From an uncultured Candidatus Binatia bacterium (GTDB taxonomy: Bacteria > Desulfobacterota > Binatia > UBA9968 > JAJDTQ01), in assembly GCA_965213675.1 (NCBI GenBank), contig OZ243916.1, positions 2,272,001 to 2,336,000 on the forward strand: DNA of 64,000 nt, given 5' to 3'. Shown piece by piece: positions 31,221 to 41,300 of this stretch. The position numbers and the translations under genes were made by a program. Every line of letters begins with the position of its first letter. Position 1 is the stretch's first letter. The notes beneath the pieces are model-generated. The model made no database searches, was not told where the DNA came from, and saw only the letters and a list, made by a program, of their open reading frames with translations.

Positions 31221-33581
31221 ATGACCGAAGCGCGCGACAACTCCCCGGCCAACCCCTTCGCCGCGTTCCTCGAGCGCAGCCTGTTCACCCGGCGCGGCCT
31301 CGTCATCGCCGTCTTCGCGCTCGTGACCCTCGTCATGGGCTGGTTCGCCGCGCAATTGCGCGTGGACGCCGGTTTCTTCAAGCTCGTGCCCCTCAAGCAC
31401 GCCTACATGCAGACCTTCCTCAAGCACCAGCCGCAGTTCGGCAGTGCCGACCAGGTGGTGGTCGCCATCACGGCGGAGCAGGGGGACATGTTCACCCCCG
31501 GTTTCTTCGACGTGCTGAAGCAAGTCACCGACGCGATGTTCTTCCTGCCGGGCATCGACCGCACCCAAGTCTACTCTATCCTCACGCCCAACGTGCGCTA
31601 CATCGAGGTGGTGGAGGACGGGGTGATTGCCGGCAATGTGCTGCCCGCGAGCTTCAAGCCCACGAAGGCTGGCCTGGCCCAGGTGCGCGAGAACGCCATC
31701 AAGGCCGGTGTGGTCGGCAGGCTGGTGGCCAACGACTTCACCGGCGCCATCGTCAGCGGCCGCCTGCAGGAGTTCGACCCCAACAGCGGCAAGCGGCTCG
31801 ACTACCTCGACGTCGCGCGTCAATTGGAAGAAATCCGCGCCCGGGCGCAGGCCAGCGCTCCAGTGCGCGTGCATATCATCGGCTTTGCCAAGCTCGTGGG
31901 TGATATCGCCGCGGGCGCCGCGCGGGTCATCGCGTTTTTCGGCATCACCTTCCTGATCACCGCCCTGTTCGTGTATCTCTACACTCGGTCTGTGCGGCTG
32001 ACCATCCCGCCGCTGGTGTGCTCGCTGGTGGCGGTGGTATGGCAGCTCGGCACGGTCACCGCCCTGGGTTTCGGCATCGATCCCATGTCCATCCTGGTGC
32101 CGTTCCTGGTATTCGCGGTGGGGGTCAGCCACGGCGTGCAGATGGTGAGCGCGGTGCGCGCCGAGGTGGTGGCCGGGGCCGCCGGCCTGGACGCGGCGCG
32201 GGCGAGTTTCCGGCGTCTGCTGCTGCCCGGCGCGGTGGCGCTGGCGTCGGACTCCGTGGGTTTCATCAGCATCTCGTTCATCGAGGTGCAGGTCATCCGG
32301 GAGACGGCCATCACCGCCAGCCTCGGCATCGTGGCCATCATTCTTACCAACCTGGCGCTGCTGCCGGTGCTGCTCTCATATTTCCGCATGAGCGAAGCCG
32401 AGCGGCGGGCCGCGGCCGGGCGCGACAGCGTTCTGCGGCCGCTATGGTCCCGCGTGGCGCGGTTGGCGCACCGGGGTCCCGCGGCCGTGACCGTGGGCCT
32501 TGCCGCGGCGCTGGTGACCGTGGGGGCCTTATACGCGGTCCAGGTCCAGGTGGGCGACAGCCACCAGGGCGTGCCCGAACTGCGCGCCGAATCCGTGTAC
32601 AACCGTGACATCGCCACCATCACCGAACGCTTCAAGATCGGCGTGGACGTGCTCACGGTGTTCGCGGAGACGGTGCCGGACGGGTGCATCGACTACGACG
32701 TGCTTGCTACCCTGGACGCGTTCACCTGGCACGTGCGCAACGTGGAGGGAGTCCAATCCGTGATGAGCCTGGCCAGCGTCGCGCGCAACATCAACGCCGG
32801 CTGGAACGAGGGCAACCTCAAGTGGCGCACGCTGCCGCGAAACCGCCACAGCCTGGTGCAGTCGGTTGCGCCGGTACCCACCAGCAGCGGCCTCATCAAC
32901 AACGATTGCAGCGTGCTCCCGGTGCGCATCTACACCGTCGATCACAAGGCGGAGACCATCCAGCGCGTGGTCGACGCCACCCGGGAGTTCCAGCGCCCGA
33001 ACACCGTGGAACGCATTCGCTTTCATCTGGCGGGGGGCAACGTCGGCGTGATGGCCGCCACCAACGAAGAAGTGGATGCTTCCCAGTTCCCGATCCTGGG
33101 CTACGTCTTCGCCGGGATCATCCTGCTGTGCCTGCTCTCGTTCCGCTCCGTGGCCGCCACGGTGTGCATCATCGTGCCGCTGGCCGCGGTATCCATCCTG
33201 GCCTACGGGCTCATGGCGATCCTGGAGATCGGGCTCAAGATCTCGACCCTGCCGGTGGTCGCCCTGGGGGTGGGAATCGGCGTGGACTACGCCATCTACA
33301 TCTATGGCCGGCTGCGCGCCCATCTGGAAGAAGGGCTGGACTTCGCCGACGCCTACGAACGCACCCTCAACATCACCGGCGCCGGCGTGGTGCTCACCGG
33401 ACTCACCCTGGCCGCGGGCGTGGCCACCTGGATCGTCGCCCCGCTCAAGTTCCAGGCCGACATGGGCACGGTGCTGATGTTCATGTTCCTGGTCAACATG
33501 ATCGCCGCCGTGGTGCTGCTGCCGGCCCTCGGCGCGTGGCTCGTGCGCCCGAGGCCGGCGGAACGCGTAAAAGGGACGTAG
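31221..33581 (+). CDS. MMPL/RND-family transporter
   Basis: Two repeated halves; GVSHGVQ, GVGIGVDY, LKFQADMG; last gene of the DUF1302 operon. Confidence 0.92.
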   Translation: MTEARDNSPANPFAAFLERSLFTRRGLVIAVFALVTLVMGWFAAQLRVDAGFFKLVPLKHAYMQTFLKHQPQFGSADQVVVAITAEQGDMFTPGFFDVLKQVTDAMFFLPGIDRTQVYSILTPNVRYIEVVEDGVIAGNVLPASFKPTKAGLAQVRENAIKAGVVGRLVANDFTGAIVSGRLQEFDPNSGKRLDYLDVARQLEEIRARAQASAPVRVHIIGFAKLVGDIAAGAARVIAFFGITFLITALFVYLYTRSVRLTIPPLVCSLVAVVWQLGTVTALGFGIDPMSILVPFLVFAVGVSHGVQMVSAVRAEVVAGAAGLDAARASFRRLLLPGAVALASDSVGFISISFIEVQVIRETAITASLGIVAIILTNLALLPVLLSYFRMSEAERRAAAGRDSVLRPLWSRVARLAHRGPAAVTVGLAAALVTVGALYAVQVQVGDSHQGVPELRAESVYNRDIATITERFKIGVDVLTVFAETVPDGCIDYDVLATLDAFTWHVRNVEGVQSVMSLASVARNINAGWNEGNLKWRTLPRNRHSLVQSVAPVPTSSGLINNDCSVLPVRIYTVDHKAETIQRVVDATREFQRPNTVERIRFHLAGGNVGVMAATNEEVDASQFPILGYVFAGIILLCLLSFRSVAATVCIIVPLAAVSILAYGLMAILEIGLKISTLPVVALGVGIGVDYAIYIYGRLRAHLEEGLDFADAYERTLNITGAGVVLTGLTLAAGVATWIVAPLKFQADMGTVLMFMFLVNMIAAVVLLPALGAWLVRPRPAERVKGT

Positions 33582-33772
33582 GGGCGCGTCTGAAACCCTC
33601 CCATCATTCAACCGCGGCCATTCAAGCCTACGCCGCACCGGCGAAAACCCAACCTCTCATAAAAGAGTGGCGGCCATGGGCATGAAGCCATACAATAGAA
33701 GCCGGATCTCATGGAGGTAGAAGGAAAAGATTTCCGGAAGCCGCAGGAGTCGGCATCGAAAGCGCACAGAAC

Positions 33773-36091
33773 ATGACTTCCAAGTCGAAGCCCGGTTTTT
33801 TCGATCTGATAGTGGATCGATACTTCTGGACGATAGCCGTCACTTTCCTGTTGACCGCCGTGCTCGCCACGGGAGTACAGCACCTCATTACCGTCAATGT
33901 AGGCATCCGAAATCACTTCGATGACAATGACCCGCATTTGATCAACCTCGACGATTTCGAAACGACCTACGCAGTGTCGGACAGCGTCCTCGTCATTGTC
34001 GCCCCGCCGAACGACACCGTTTTCACGCGCAAAGCACTCGTTGCGATTGAGCAACTGACGGACGTGTTGTGGCAAACGCCTTATTCTGTCCGTGTCGATT
34101 CGATAACCAATTACCTGCACACCGAGGGAATCGAGGACACCCTGATTGTCGAGCAACTGGTCGACGACGCGGCTTCGCTGGGCGACGTCAACCTCGCCCG
34201 CATTCGAGACATCGCCCTCACCGCACAGGAAACGGCCGGCCGTTTCGTCTCTCGCGACGGTCGTGTGGCCGGCCTGATCGTGAGCCTGGCCATCCCCGCT
34301 GAACAACGCAAACAGCGCAAAATCGAAGTGGTCGACGGTCTCTACGGTCTGGTCAACAAACAGCGCGCGGCCAACCCCGACATCGAATATCACATCTATG
34401 GTGAACTGTTGTTGAATCGGGCGGTTCGCGACGCGCTGACAGACGATATGTCCTTTTTGGCGCCAATCGCGCTTGCGATGATGGTTCTGGTCGCGATGCT
34501 GTTGTTGCGTTCGGTTTGGAGCGTTTGCGGGATTTTTGCGATGATAATTGCGGTGATGGCATCGAGTTTCGGCCTAACCGGCTGGTTCGGTTTGAAATTC
34601 TATGCGGAAAGCGGCGCCGCGGTATTCGTTCTGATGGCGATTGCCATCGCACACTCCGTCCACCTGATCGAAGGAGTGACCGTTGGAATGCTTCGTGGAA
34701 TGGAACGTAAAGCCGCCGTTGTTCACTCCCTGACAATCAATGCCCATCCGATCTTCCTTACTTCGCTCACCACCATGATCGGTTTTCTGAGCCTGAATTT
34801 TTCGGAAATGCCGCCGTTTCGAGTGATGGGTAATATCGTTGCGTTCGGCGCCATGTGCGCCTTCGTCTACGCGGTCACGCTTTTGCCCGCATTGTTGGCG
34901 ATGATGCCCATCCGGGCACCCGCCGAAACGAGACACGGAACGACACCTTTCAAGCGTTTGGGAGATTTCGTCGTTTCCAAAAGCATTTTCTTGCTATGGA
35001 CTTTCGTCATCCTCGTTCTGGTGAGCGCATATGGCATCTCGCGAATCAGCCTGAATGACAACAACAACGCCAAGCTCCTTAACGAAAGCTACGACTTGCG
35101 CCGATCGGGTGATTTCATCAACGAGCACTTTGCCGGGCTGGATTCCTTTGAGTATTCACTGAATTCCGGGCGCGCGGGGGGAATCACCGACATTGAGTAC
35201 CTGCGTCGGGTGGATTCGTTCGCCAACTGGCTTCGCGAACAGCCTGAAGTTTCTCACGTCACCTCGATTGCCGATATCATGAAGCGGATTAATCAAAATC
35301 TTCATAATGACGCAAAAGGCACCTATGCCCTCCCGGCAAACTCCGACCTTGCGGCGCAATACCTGCTTTTATACCAGTTCTCCCTACCGGTCGGCCGCGA
35401 CATAGACAATCTCATCAACTTTGAGCGGTCGGCGACCCGGATGACCGTCGTGATCGGGGGAATGTCGGTCAAAAAGCAAATCGAGCTGGACAATCGCGCT
35501 TCTGCCTGGCTGGGACACAATGCTCCGCAAATGCGGACCGGAGCGACCGGCGTCGCCATTGTGGGCGCTTACTCGGTGATGAGAAACATCGTGAACATGT
35601 TACTCGGCACCTTCATCGCGATCTCGACCGTGTCGCTGCTGTTGATCCTTGCATTCAAAAGCCTTCGCTTGGGGCTTCTAAGCCTGATACCCAATTTCGT
35701 GCCGGCAATCATATCCTTGGGGGCATGGGGTTACGCTGTGGGAACCGTGAATATTGCGGCGTCAATCGTTACCGCGATAGCGTTTGCCATCGTTGTGGAC
35801 GATACCATCCATCTCCTGTCGAAATACCTGACTTCACGCGCAGAGGGCAAATCACCTTCCGAAGCCATCCCGCCGACTTTCGAGCTCGTGGGACAACCGC
35901 TGCTGAGCACCACGTTGATTTTTGCGGTGGCATTTTTCGTCTTTGGCGCATCGGGGCTAGTGACCAATCAGACGCTCGGTTTGCTGGTCGGAATGACGGT
36001 CATCATTGCGCTCGTTGCGGACCTCTTTTTGTTACCGCCGCTTCTGCTGGCCCTCGACAGGACGAAACACCGGCAAACGCTCGACGACTAG
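33773..36091 (+). CDS. Second MMPL/RND-family transporter (AT-richer codon usage)
   Basis: Duplicated TM architecture; LTSLTTMIGFLSL, SLIPNFVP, AIVVDDTIH. Confidence 0.9.
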   Translation: MTSKSKPGFFDLIVDRYFWTIAVTFLLTAVLATGVQHLITVNVGIRNHFDDNDPHLINLDDFETTYAVSDSVLVIVAPPNDTVFTRKALVAIEQLTDVLWQTPYSVRVDSITNYLHTEGIEDTLIVEQLVDDAASLGDVNLARIRDIALTAQETAGRFVSRDGRVAGLIVSLAIPAEQRKQRKIEVVDGLYGLVNKQRAANPDIEYHIYGELLLNRAVRDALTDDMSFLAPIALAMMVLVAMLLLRSVWSVCGIFAMIIAVMASSFGLTGWFGLKFYAESGAAVFVLMAIAIAHSVHLIEGVTVGMLRGMERKAAVVHSLTINAHPIFLTSLTTMIGFLSLNFSEMPPFRVMGNIVAFGAMCAFVYAVTLLPALLAMMPIRAPAETRHGTTPFKRLGDFVVSKSIFLLWTFVILVLVSAYGISRISLNDNNNAKLLNESYDLRRSGDFINEHFAGLDSFEYSLNSGRAGGITDIEYLRRVDSFANWLREQPEVSHVTSIADIMKRINQNLHNDAKGTYALPANSDLAAQYLLLYQFSLPVGRDIDNLINFERSATRMTVVIGGMSVKKQIELDNRASAWLGHNAPQMRTGATGVAIVGAYSVMRNIVNMLLGTFIAISTVSLLLILAFKSLRLGLLSLIPNFVPAIISLGAWGYAVGTVNIAASIVTAIAFAIVVDDTIHLLSKYLTSRAEGKSPSEAIPPTFELVGQPLLSTTLIFAVAFFVFGASGLVTNQTLGLLVGMTVIIALVADLFLLPPLLLALDRTKHRQTLDD

Positions 36092-36259
36092 CTTTCGGGA
36101 CGTCTCGTGATGGCCGAAACCATGAGGTCCTGGACGCGCCGATGACCCCGGTTCCGCCGGCGTCTCGCGAGCAAACTTCCGCCCGTCCGCGTCCACGTTC
36201 GCGCCATGCCGTCATTCTCGACAGCGTCCGTATCGCCGGTCACGAGCGCAGGAGCACCT

Positions 36260-38290
36260 TCAGGCCGAAATGTCGCGCAACTGGCTTGCGATGCGCAGCC
36301 GAAGTTTCTTCGTAACCGACAATGCCGGGAATGGGTTGATTTTCAGTTTATAGTCTTTGGGCGGCGGCGCAAAGTCGAAATGGTGCGCTATAACCAACAC
36401 GGTAACCGTCGCCTGCAAATGCATCCATGCCCATCCCGCGCACGAGTGGGTATCCAAGCCGTTCGGAGCGTATCCAGGACCTTGATGCTCATTGCGCGGC
36501 GGCAGGTAACGGTCTATATCGAAGTCGTAGGGGTCTGCGAAGCAATCACTCATGTAGTGGGCCGCGGTTTGCACAATGTACAACCGTTCCCGGAGCGGCA
36601 GTGAATAATTTTCCACCACGCAAGAATTTGCGACATCGCGAAGATGTGTGCTGATAATCGGATACATTCGCAAGCATTCCATGAGAAAGCGCCTGGTAAC
36701 GTCATATTTGTCCGGCGTAAACGCTTCTTTATTCGGATCGCCGCCATCGAACAGCGCGTTTGCCTCTTCACGAATTCTCGCCGCAATATCCGGGTGCCTG
36801 GCCAACTCATAAAGTGCGAAACCCAACATGTCCCCTAGATAAATACTTTGAAACACGGGCGTTACCGCCATCATGAACATCAGGTTTTGCTCCGGGATAA
36901 ACTGCGGATCGCTGGTGTGCAAAGAAATCAGCTCGTCCGCCAGCTCCCGGGCAGCGCCTGCACGGTGAATGGGAATGTGGTTCTGTTCGATGCGCCGCAG
37001 GAGTTTCTCGTAAAGCTGGAAGCGATACTTCATGCCGGGAGTGCGCGTCAGGAATTTCGGGAGAAAATCCGCAACGTAGCAAAGGATTGCTTTTTCATTC
37101 CATTTGACCAGGTCTTCAAATACATCTTGCGAATTCGTACTAATAAGAACCTGAGACATTTGAAAATTGGTCATCGACCGGGTATCGCGCTGTACTTCCA
37201 GTGTCGAGCCGGCCTGCCACTTTTGAGTTATCATGAATTGGCGGCTCAGTCGGAACATGTCATCCAGCCGCTCGTGGAAACTGGCCTTCGAGTAAATTTT
37301 CCCCATCAGCTTGCGCAATCGAAAATGATCAGCTCCGTCCGTCGACGGCAGTAAATTGTTTGCGCCGCAAACCGTCTCCATCTTGCGAAAAAAATTGCCG
37401 GAAGTCAAAAACCTTCGGGAATTTCGACGCATCCAATGATTGATGTCAGGTCCTGCCAAAAATGTTCGCGGTCTTTGAAACGGCGGACAGATTTGAAAGA
37501 CGGGACCATATCGGGCGGCCAGATTCCCGAACAGGGCTGGCAGGTTGCCGTCCCACAAATGCCGATTTGCGAACAAGCTCCTTAGGGGAATCTTCGGAAT
37601 TGGTTTTGTGAGGGGTGAGTGTTGCAATACAGGCGTAATGGCGACCTGCTTGACAGCAGTGGAGATGACCCGGTTGATCAGTTCCGTTTTACAAACCTGG
37701 TCAATTCGCTTTTTCTCGTCCTCGCCCAGCTCGAAAATGAATTTGATGATATCGCACGCGCTCAAAAGACCGATTATCAGGGAATCCCTCGGGTCTGGAA
37801 TGATATCCGTGAAAATTACCTTCGCGATTCGCGATTTGATGTACTTTCCAACGGTCTCGCTTTGAGGATATCGTTCCAATTCCGCATGCCAGGCGCAGTG
37901 GTTCGTTGTATAAAACTCACCATCATGGCGCGTCAGAATTTCGGAGTTGATCAACTGCTTCAATGTAGCATCGATGATGTCTTCCGAATGAACTGCAAGC
38001 CGCTCAATCCAGTATCGCGGTTCTTCCAGATTGGGATGAGATGCGAACTCTTCCAGACATAAATCCAGTGCCGGGTCGCCTGTTTTGGTCGAGTCCAGGA
38101 GAAAGAGCGATTCTTCGTCGGTATCAATGCGTGATTTCAGGGAGAGATCGGCCAGAACTGCGCCGATGGTGGCGCAGTTCAACGTCCAGCCCTCCACTTG
38201 GTGGAAATAACCGTTCTGCTCGTTGAGAATCGTCAGGATGAATTCTTGCGGGATATTCAACGATTGCTTCGTTATCATGTTACACGCCAT
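36260..38290 (-). CDS. GPP34(GOLPH3)-domain plus cytochrome P450 fusion
   Basis: N-terminal LNIPQEFILTIL..GAVLADLSL..RI..TGDPALD (GPP34-like); P450 motifs ECLRMYP, FDIDRY, GLDTHSCAG; start 38290 or 38278. Confidence 0.85.
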   Translation of the reverse strand: MACNMITKQSLNIPQEFILTILNEQNGYFHQVEGWTLNCATIGAVLADLSLKSRIDTDEESLFLLDSTKTGDPALDLCLEEFASHPNLEEPRYWIERLAVHSEDIIDATLKQLINSEILTRHDGEFYTTNHCAWHAELERYPQSETVGKYIKSRIAKVIFTDIIPDPRDSLIIGLLSACDIIKFIFELGEDEKKRIDQVCKTELINRVISTAVKQVAITPVLQHSPLTKPIPKIPLRSLFANRHLWDGNLPALFGNLAARYGPVFQICPPFQRPRTFLAGPDINHWMRRNSRRFLTSGNFFRKMETVCGANNLLPSTDGADHFRLRKLMGKIYSKASFHERLDDMFRLSRQFMITQKWQAGSTLEVQRDTRSMTNFQMSQVLISTNSQDVFEDLVKWNEKAILCYVADFLPKFLTRTPGMKYRFQLYEKLLRRIEQNHIPIHRAGAARELADELISLHTSDPQFIPEQNLMFMMAVTPVFQSIYLGDMLGFALYELARHPDIAARIREEANALFDGGDPNKEAFTPDKYDVTRRFLMECLRMYPIISTHLRDVANSCVVENYSLPLRERLYIVQTAAHYMSDCFADPYDFDIDRYLPPRNEHQGPGYAPNGLDTHSCAGWAWMHLQATVTVLVIAHHFDFAPPPKDYKLKINPFPALSVTKKLRLRIASQLRDISA

Positions 38291-38358
38291 TCCTCGTGAT
38301 TTGATTCTTTCTCGTGATGCCGATGCCTGCGGCTTCCGGTCCCCTTTTTTCCATCCCT

Positions 38359-41300
38359 CTACGAGATCTTCTTTGCCGTTCCGGTTCCGCCGTCCGGCGT
38401 CATGTCCACAGCCGCCACTCTTCCAGCCATGACGCGTTGACTTCTCGCCGGTAATATCATGTTCATTCGTTGGTTCCGGCGACGCTGCTCGTAGAGGGCA
38501 AGCGCGTGCAGGGGGAAATACTGGCGGTAGAGCACGTAATCCAGGAGGGCCGTTCGAAAAAAAACGCCGGCCATGTCCTGCTTGGGCCAAGTCCCGTCTG
38601 CTTCCTGCGTATCAAGCAGGAAGCCGGCACCCCGGGAAATCGCGGCCCAGTCTGTTGTGCCCGCCTCGAGGAGCGCTATCAGCGCCCACGCGGTCTGTAT
38701 GACCTGGCTTTCCTGATGCGGGACGTAGCGACCGGTCAGGCAGCCGCTGTGGTGTTCGCCCCATCCCCCGTCTGGCTGCTGGCGCTCCAGCAGCCAGCGG
38801 CAAGACGCGCGCAGCGCCGGATCGCTTGGACCGGCCCGGTCCGAAACAAGGCCCCTGATGCCGAAAAGGGTGCCGTAGATGTACTGTACCCCCCATACGC
38901 CGCGCCAACTGCCGTCAGCCATCTGGTGCCGTCGCAACCACAAGACGCCCCGGGCGATGGAGTCGGCAACCACCGACCTGTCGCCAATTTCGGGAAATCG
39001 ATCCCGGCAGACAGCCAGCGCCGCGATACAAGACGCGGTACACTCGACAAAAGAACGCTCGGTCATCGATTCGCCGAACATCTCTGCAGGATTCAAACGC
39101 TCCAGATCAATTGCCGAGCGCCTGGCCTCATAACTGCCGAAGCCCCCGTCGGGGTTCTGGCTTCGCAACATAAAGCCAATCGCTTCGCTGAGGACGGACG
39201 GGTCCGTGTCGTCTCCGTGGGCGGCGACGAGTCCGAGCACCGCCTCCGCCGTGCAGTCACTCACCGGCCAGCCATGCCACCCGCCGGCGAAGCACCAGCC
39301 GCCTTTGGGGTCAGCGCGGTAGGCTTCACGAAACCGCTCAAAGCTGGTCTTGATCTGTTCGCCGAGCAGAAAATCGGCGCCGCGCCGGAGCGCATCCCGA
39401 ACACGGTCCGTCTCAGGCATGGTAGCCAGAGCCTGCAGCGCGAACCCGGTATCCCACGAAGCGCTTCTTGCTCCGCTGACCCGCAAGCCGTCGTCTTCGT
39501 CTTCCCATATCCAGGAACCCATTTTCGATAGCGCCCGTCGGCAATCGGTATCGTCCGGATCGTGCAGCCACAGCGCCAGAATGTTGAGAATGCCGCTGAC
39601 CGGAGAGATGCTCGTATGGCCGGTGGTCTGCAGTTCCCATCTGATCTGCCCGAGAATTGTATCCATGCACCGTGTGCGCAGGTGTTTGCTGTGGAACCGC
39701 TCGACCAGCCGTGCAAATCCATATCCGAGCCTGAGCCAGACGGACGGCCTTGCAAAAAGATCGGCGTCCCGAAGCCGGTTCCTGGCGGCGAGAAAGTCGG
39801 CCCTGGCAAAACCTTGCGGATAAAGCTCTTCCCGCAACGCGGCGATAACTGGTGTGACGGGCGCCTGGAACCGGCGGGCATAAATCGACGCCATCGCCAT
39901 ATAGATGAGCCGTGTATGGCAGTACCAGTTGGAAGGATGCAGCGGTATCTTCCGCGGCAGGCTCCACAATTCCGGCAGAACAGCGTTCACGCCGTTCCAA
40001 TCATAAAGATTAAGGAGCGCCAGCCATAATTTTCCCCAGCTCGGAATGCCGAGAATCCCCTCGGCCTGAATGAACCGCCGGGCCGGCGCGATCAGGGGGT
40101 CATCCGGCAATACACCGAGCAGCCGCGCCGCGACATAAACGAGGGCGGTGACGAACAGATGGGGCGACGAATGCTCGTGCAGGCCCCATGAACCGTCCTG
40201 GAGACGAGTCCTCTCAAACGAGCGCAGCACCCGGCGCCGCTTTCCCGGATCGAGCGGCTGGCCGATGATGTGGTGGAGCAGTACGTATTGCGCCGTGAGC
40301 ATGGGACACCAGACCATCTCGCCTTCCCAGTCGCCGTCCTCTCTCTGCAGTTGCACGAGGCATTGGGCGGCGCTGTCCAGCGCCGGGCCGGCATCGGGCG
40401 AATCGACCGCTCCCGCGCGGGCGGGCCGCTCCGATTCGGTTTTCGAAGGGATGGAATAGGGGAATGCCCGTCGTAGGTGCTCTCGCGTATTCGCGCTTTC
40501 CTCCCTTCCTTCCCTGGTCGCCGCCCTCAACTGGCGGATGCCGAGCAGCAACCACCAAAGGCGAGCAGCCAACGCGCGAAAGTTCACCAACATCCGACGC
40601 CATGAAAGCCTGCGGATGGAGAAGGTTATCTCCCGGCTCATTGCCCGCGCGACAGTTTCGCAAAAGGAGAAAACCGTCATTGACATGGACAAGTCTTCGC
40701 AGGCAAGTATCCGCATGGTCCGGTCCCGATACCCCGAATTCGCTCGCCAGCCTTGGTAAACGGCCTTTCTGAGCATAGCCGATTCGGTGCGGTAATCGCC
40801 CAACACCTCATAAAGCCCCATGGCAAGGAACTCGGGAACACGGGTCGCCTGGAACCGCTCTGCGGTGAATTGCTGGAAGTCCTCGCTTTCGGAGAGCGCC
40901 AGCGCATCGCCGAAGCCGAGAGTCATGCCGACTGCCGTCATGGGATGATAGTGTCCGGCGGCATCGCCGATAAGCACCCGGCGCGGGTTCCCGTACGTGA
41001 CACGCGGTCTCAATTGGTTGGGGGCGGCATGGAATCGCCTGACGTCCAGCGCTTCGACGAAGGCCGGCCCGAGATATCCCGGAAGCAGCTTGCCATAGGA
41101 TTCAGACAAGAAACTTATCCAGTCCTTGGAATGCCAGCAGTCCAATGGGACATCCACGTTGACCCGGACGGAGCCGTTCGCAAGTCCGTAAATGAAAATT
41201 GGACCCGGCCCGCCCAGAACCACATGTCCGTATCCTTCAAACGGCAGGTCGGCGTCGTGTAACGTCACCCCGAGCATCCGCGAACAGAGCATCGGGTCCA

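Noticed and set aside
36260-37640. Calling the P450 a CYP51 sterol 14-demethylase
   Set aside because: The CYP51 signatures (AGQHTS/AGHHTS I-helix, FGxGRHRCxG) are absent.
38359-40400. Squalene-hopene cyclase (hopanoid) assignment
   Set aside because: The catalytic motif is DCTAE rather than DXDD and the domain is fused to an epoxidase, both pointing to an oxidosqualene cyclase.
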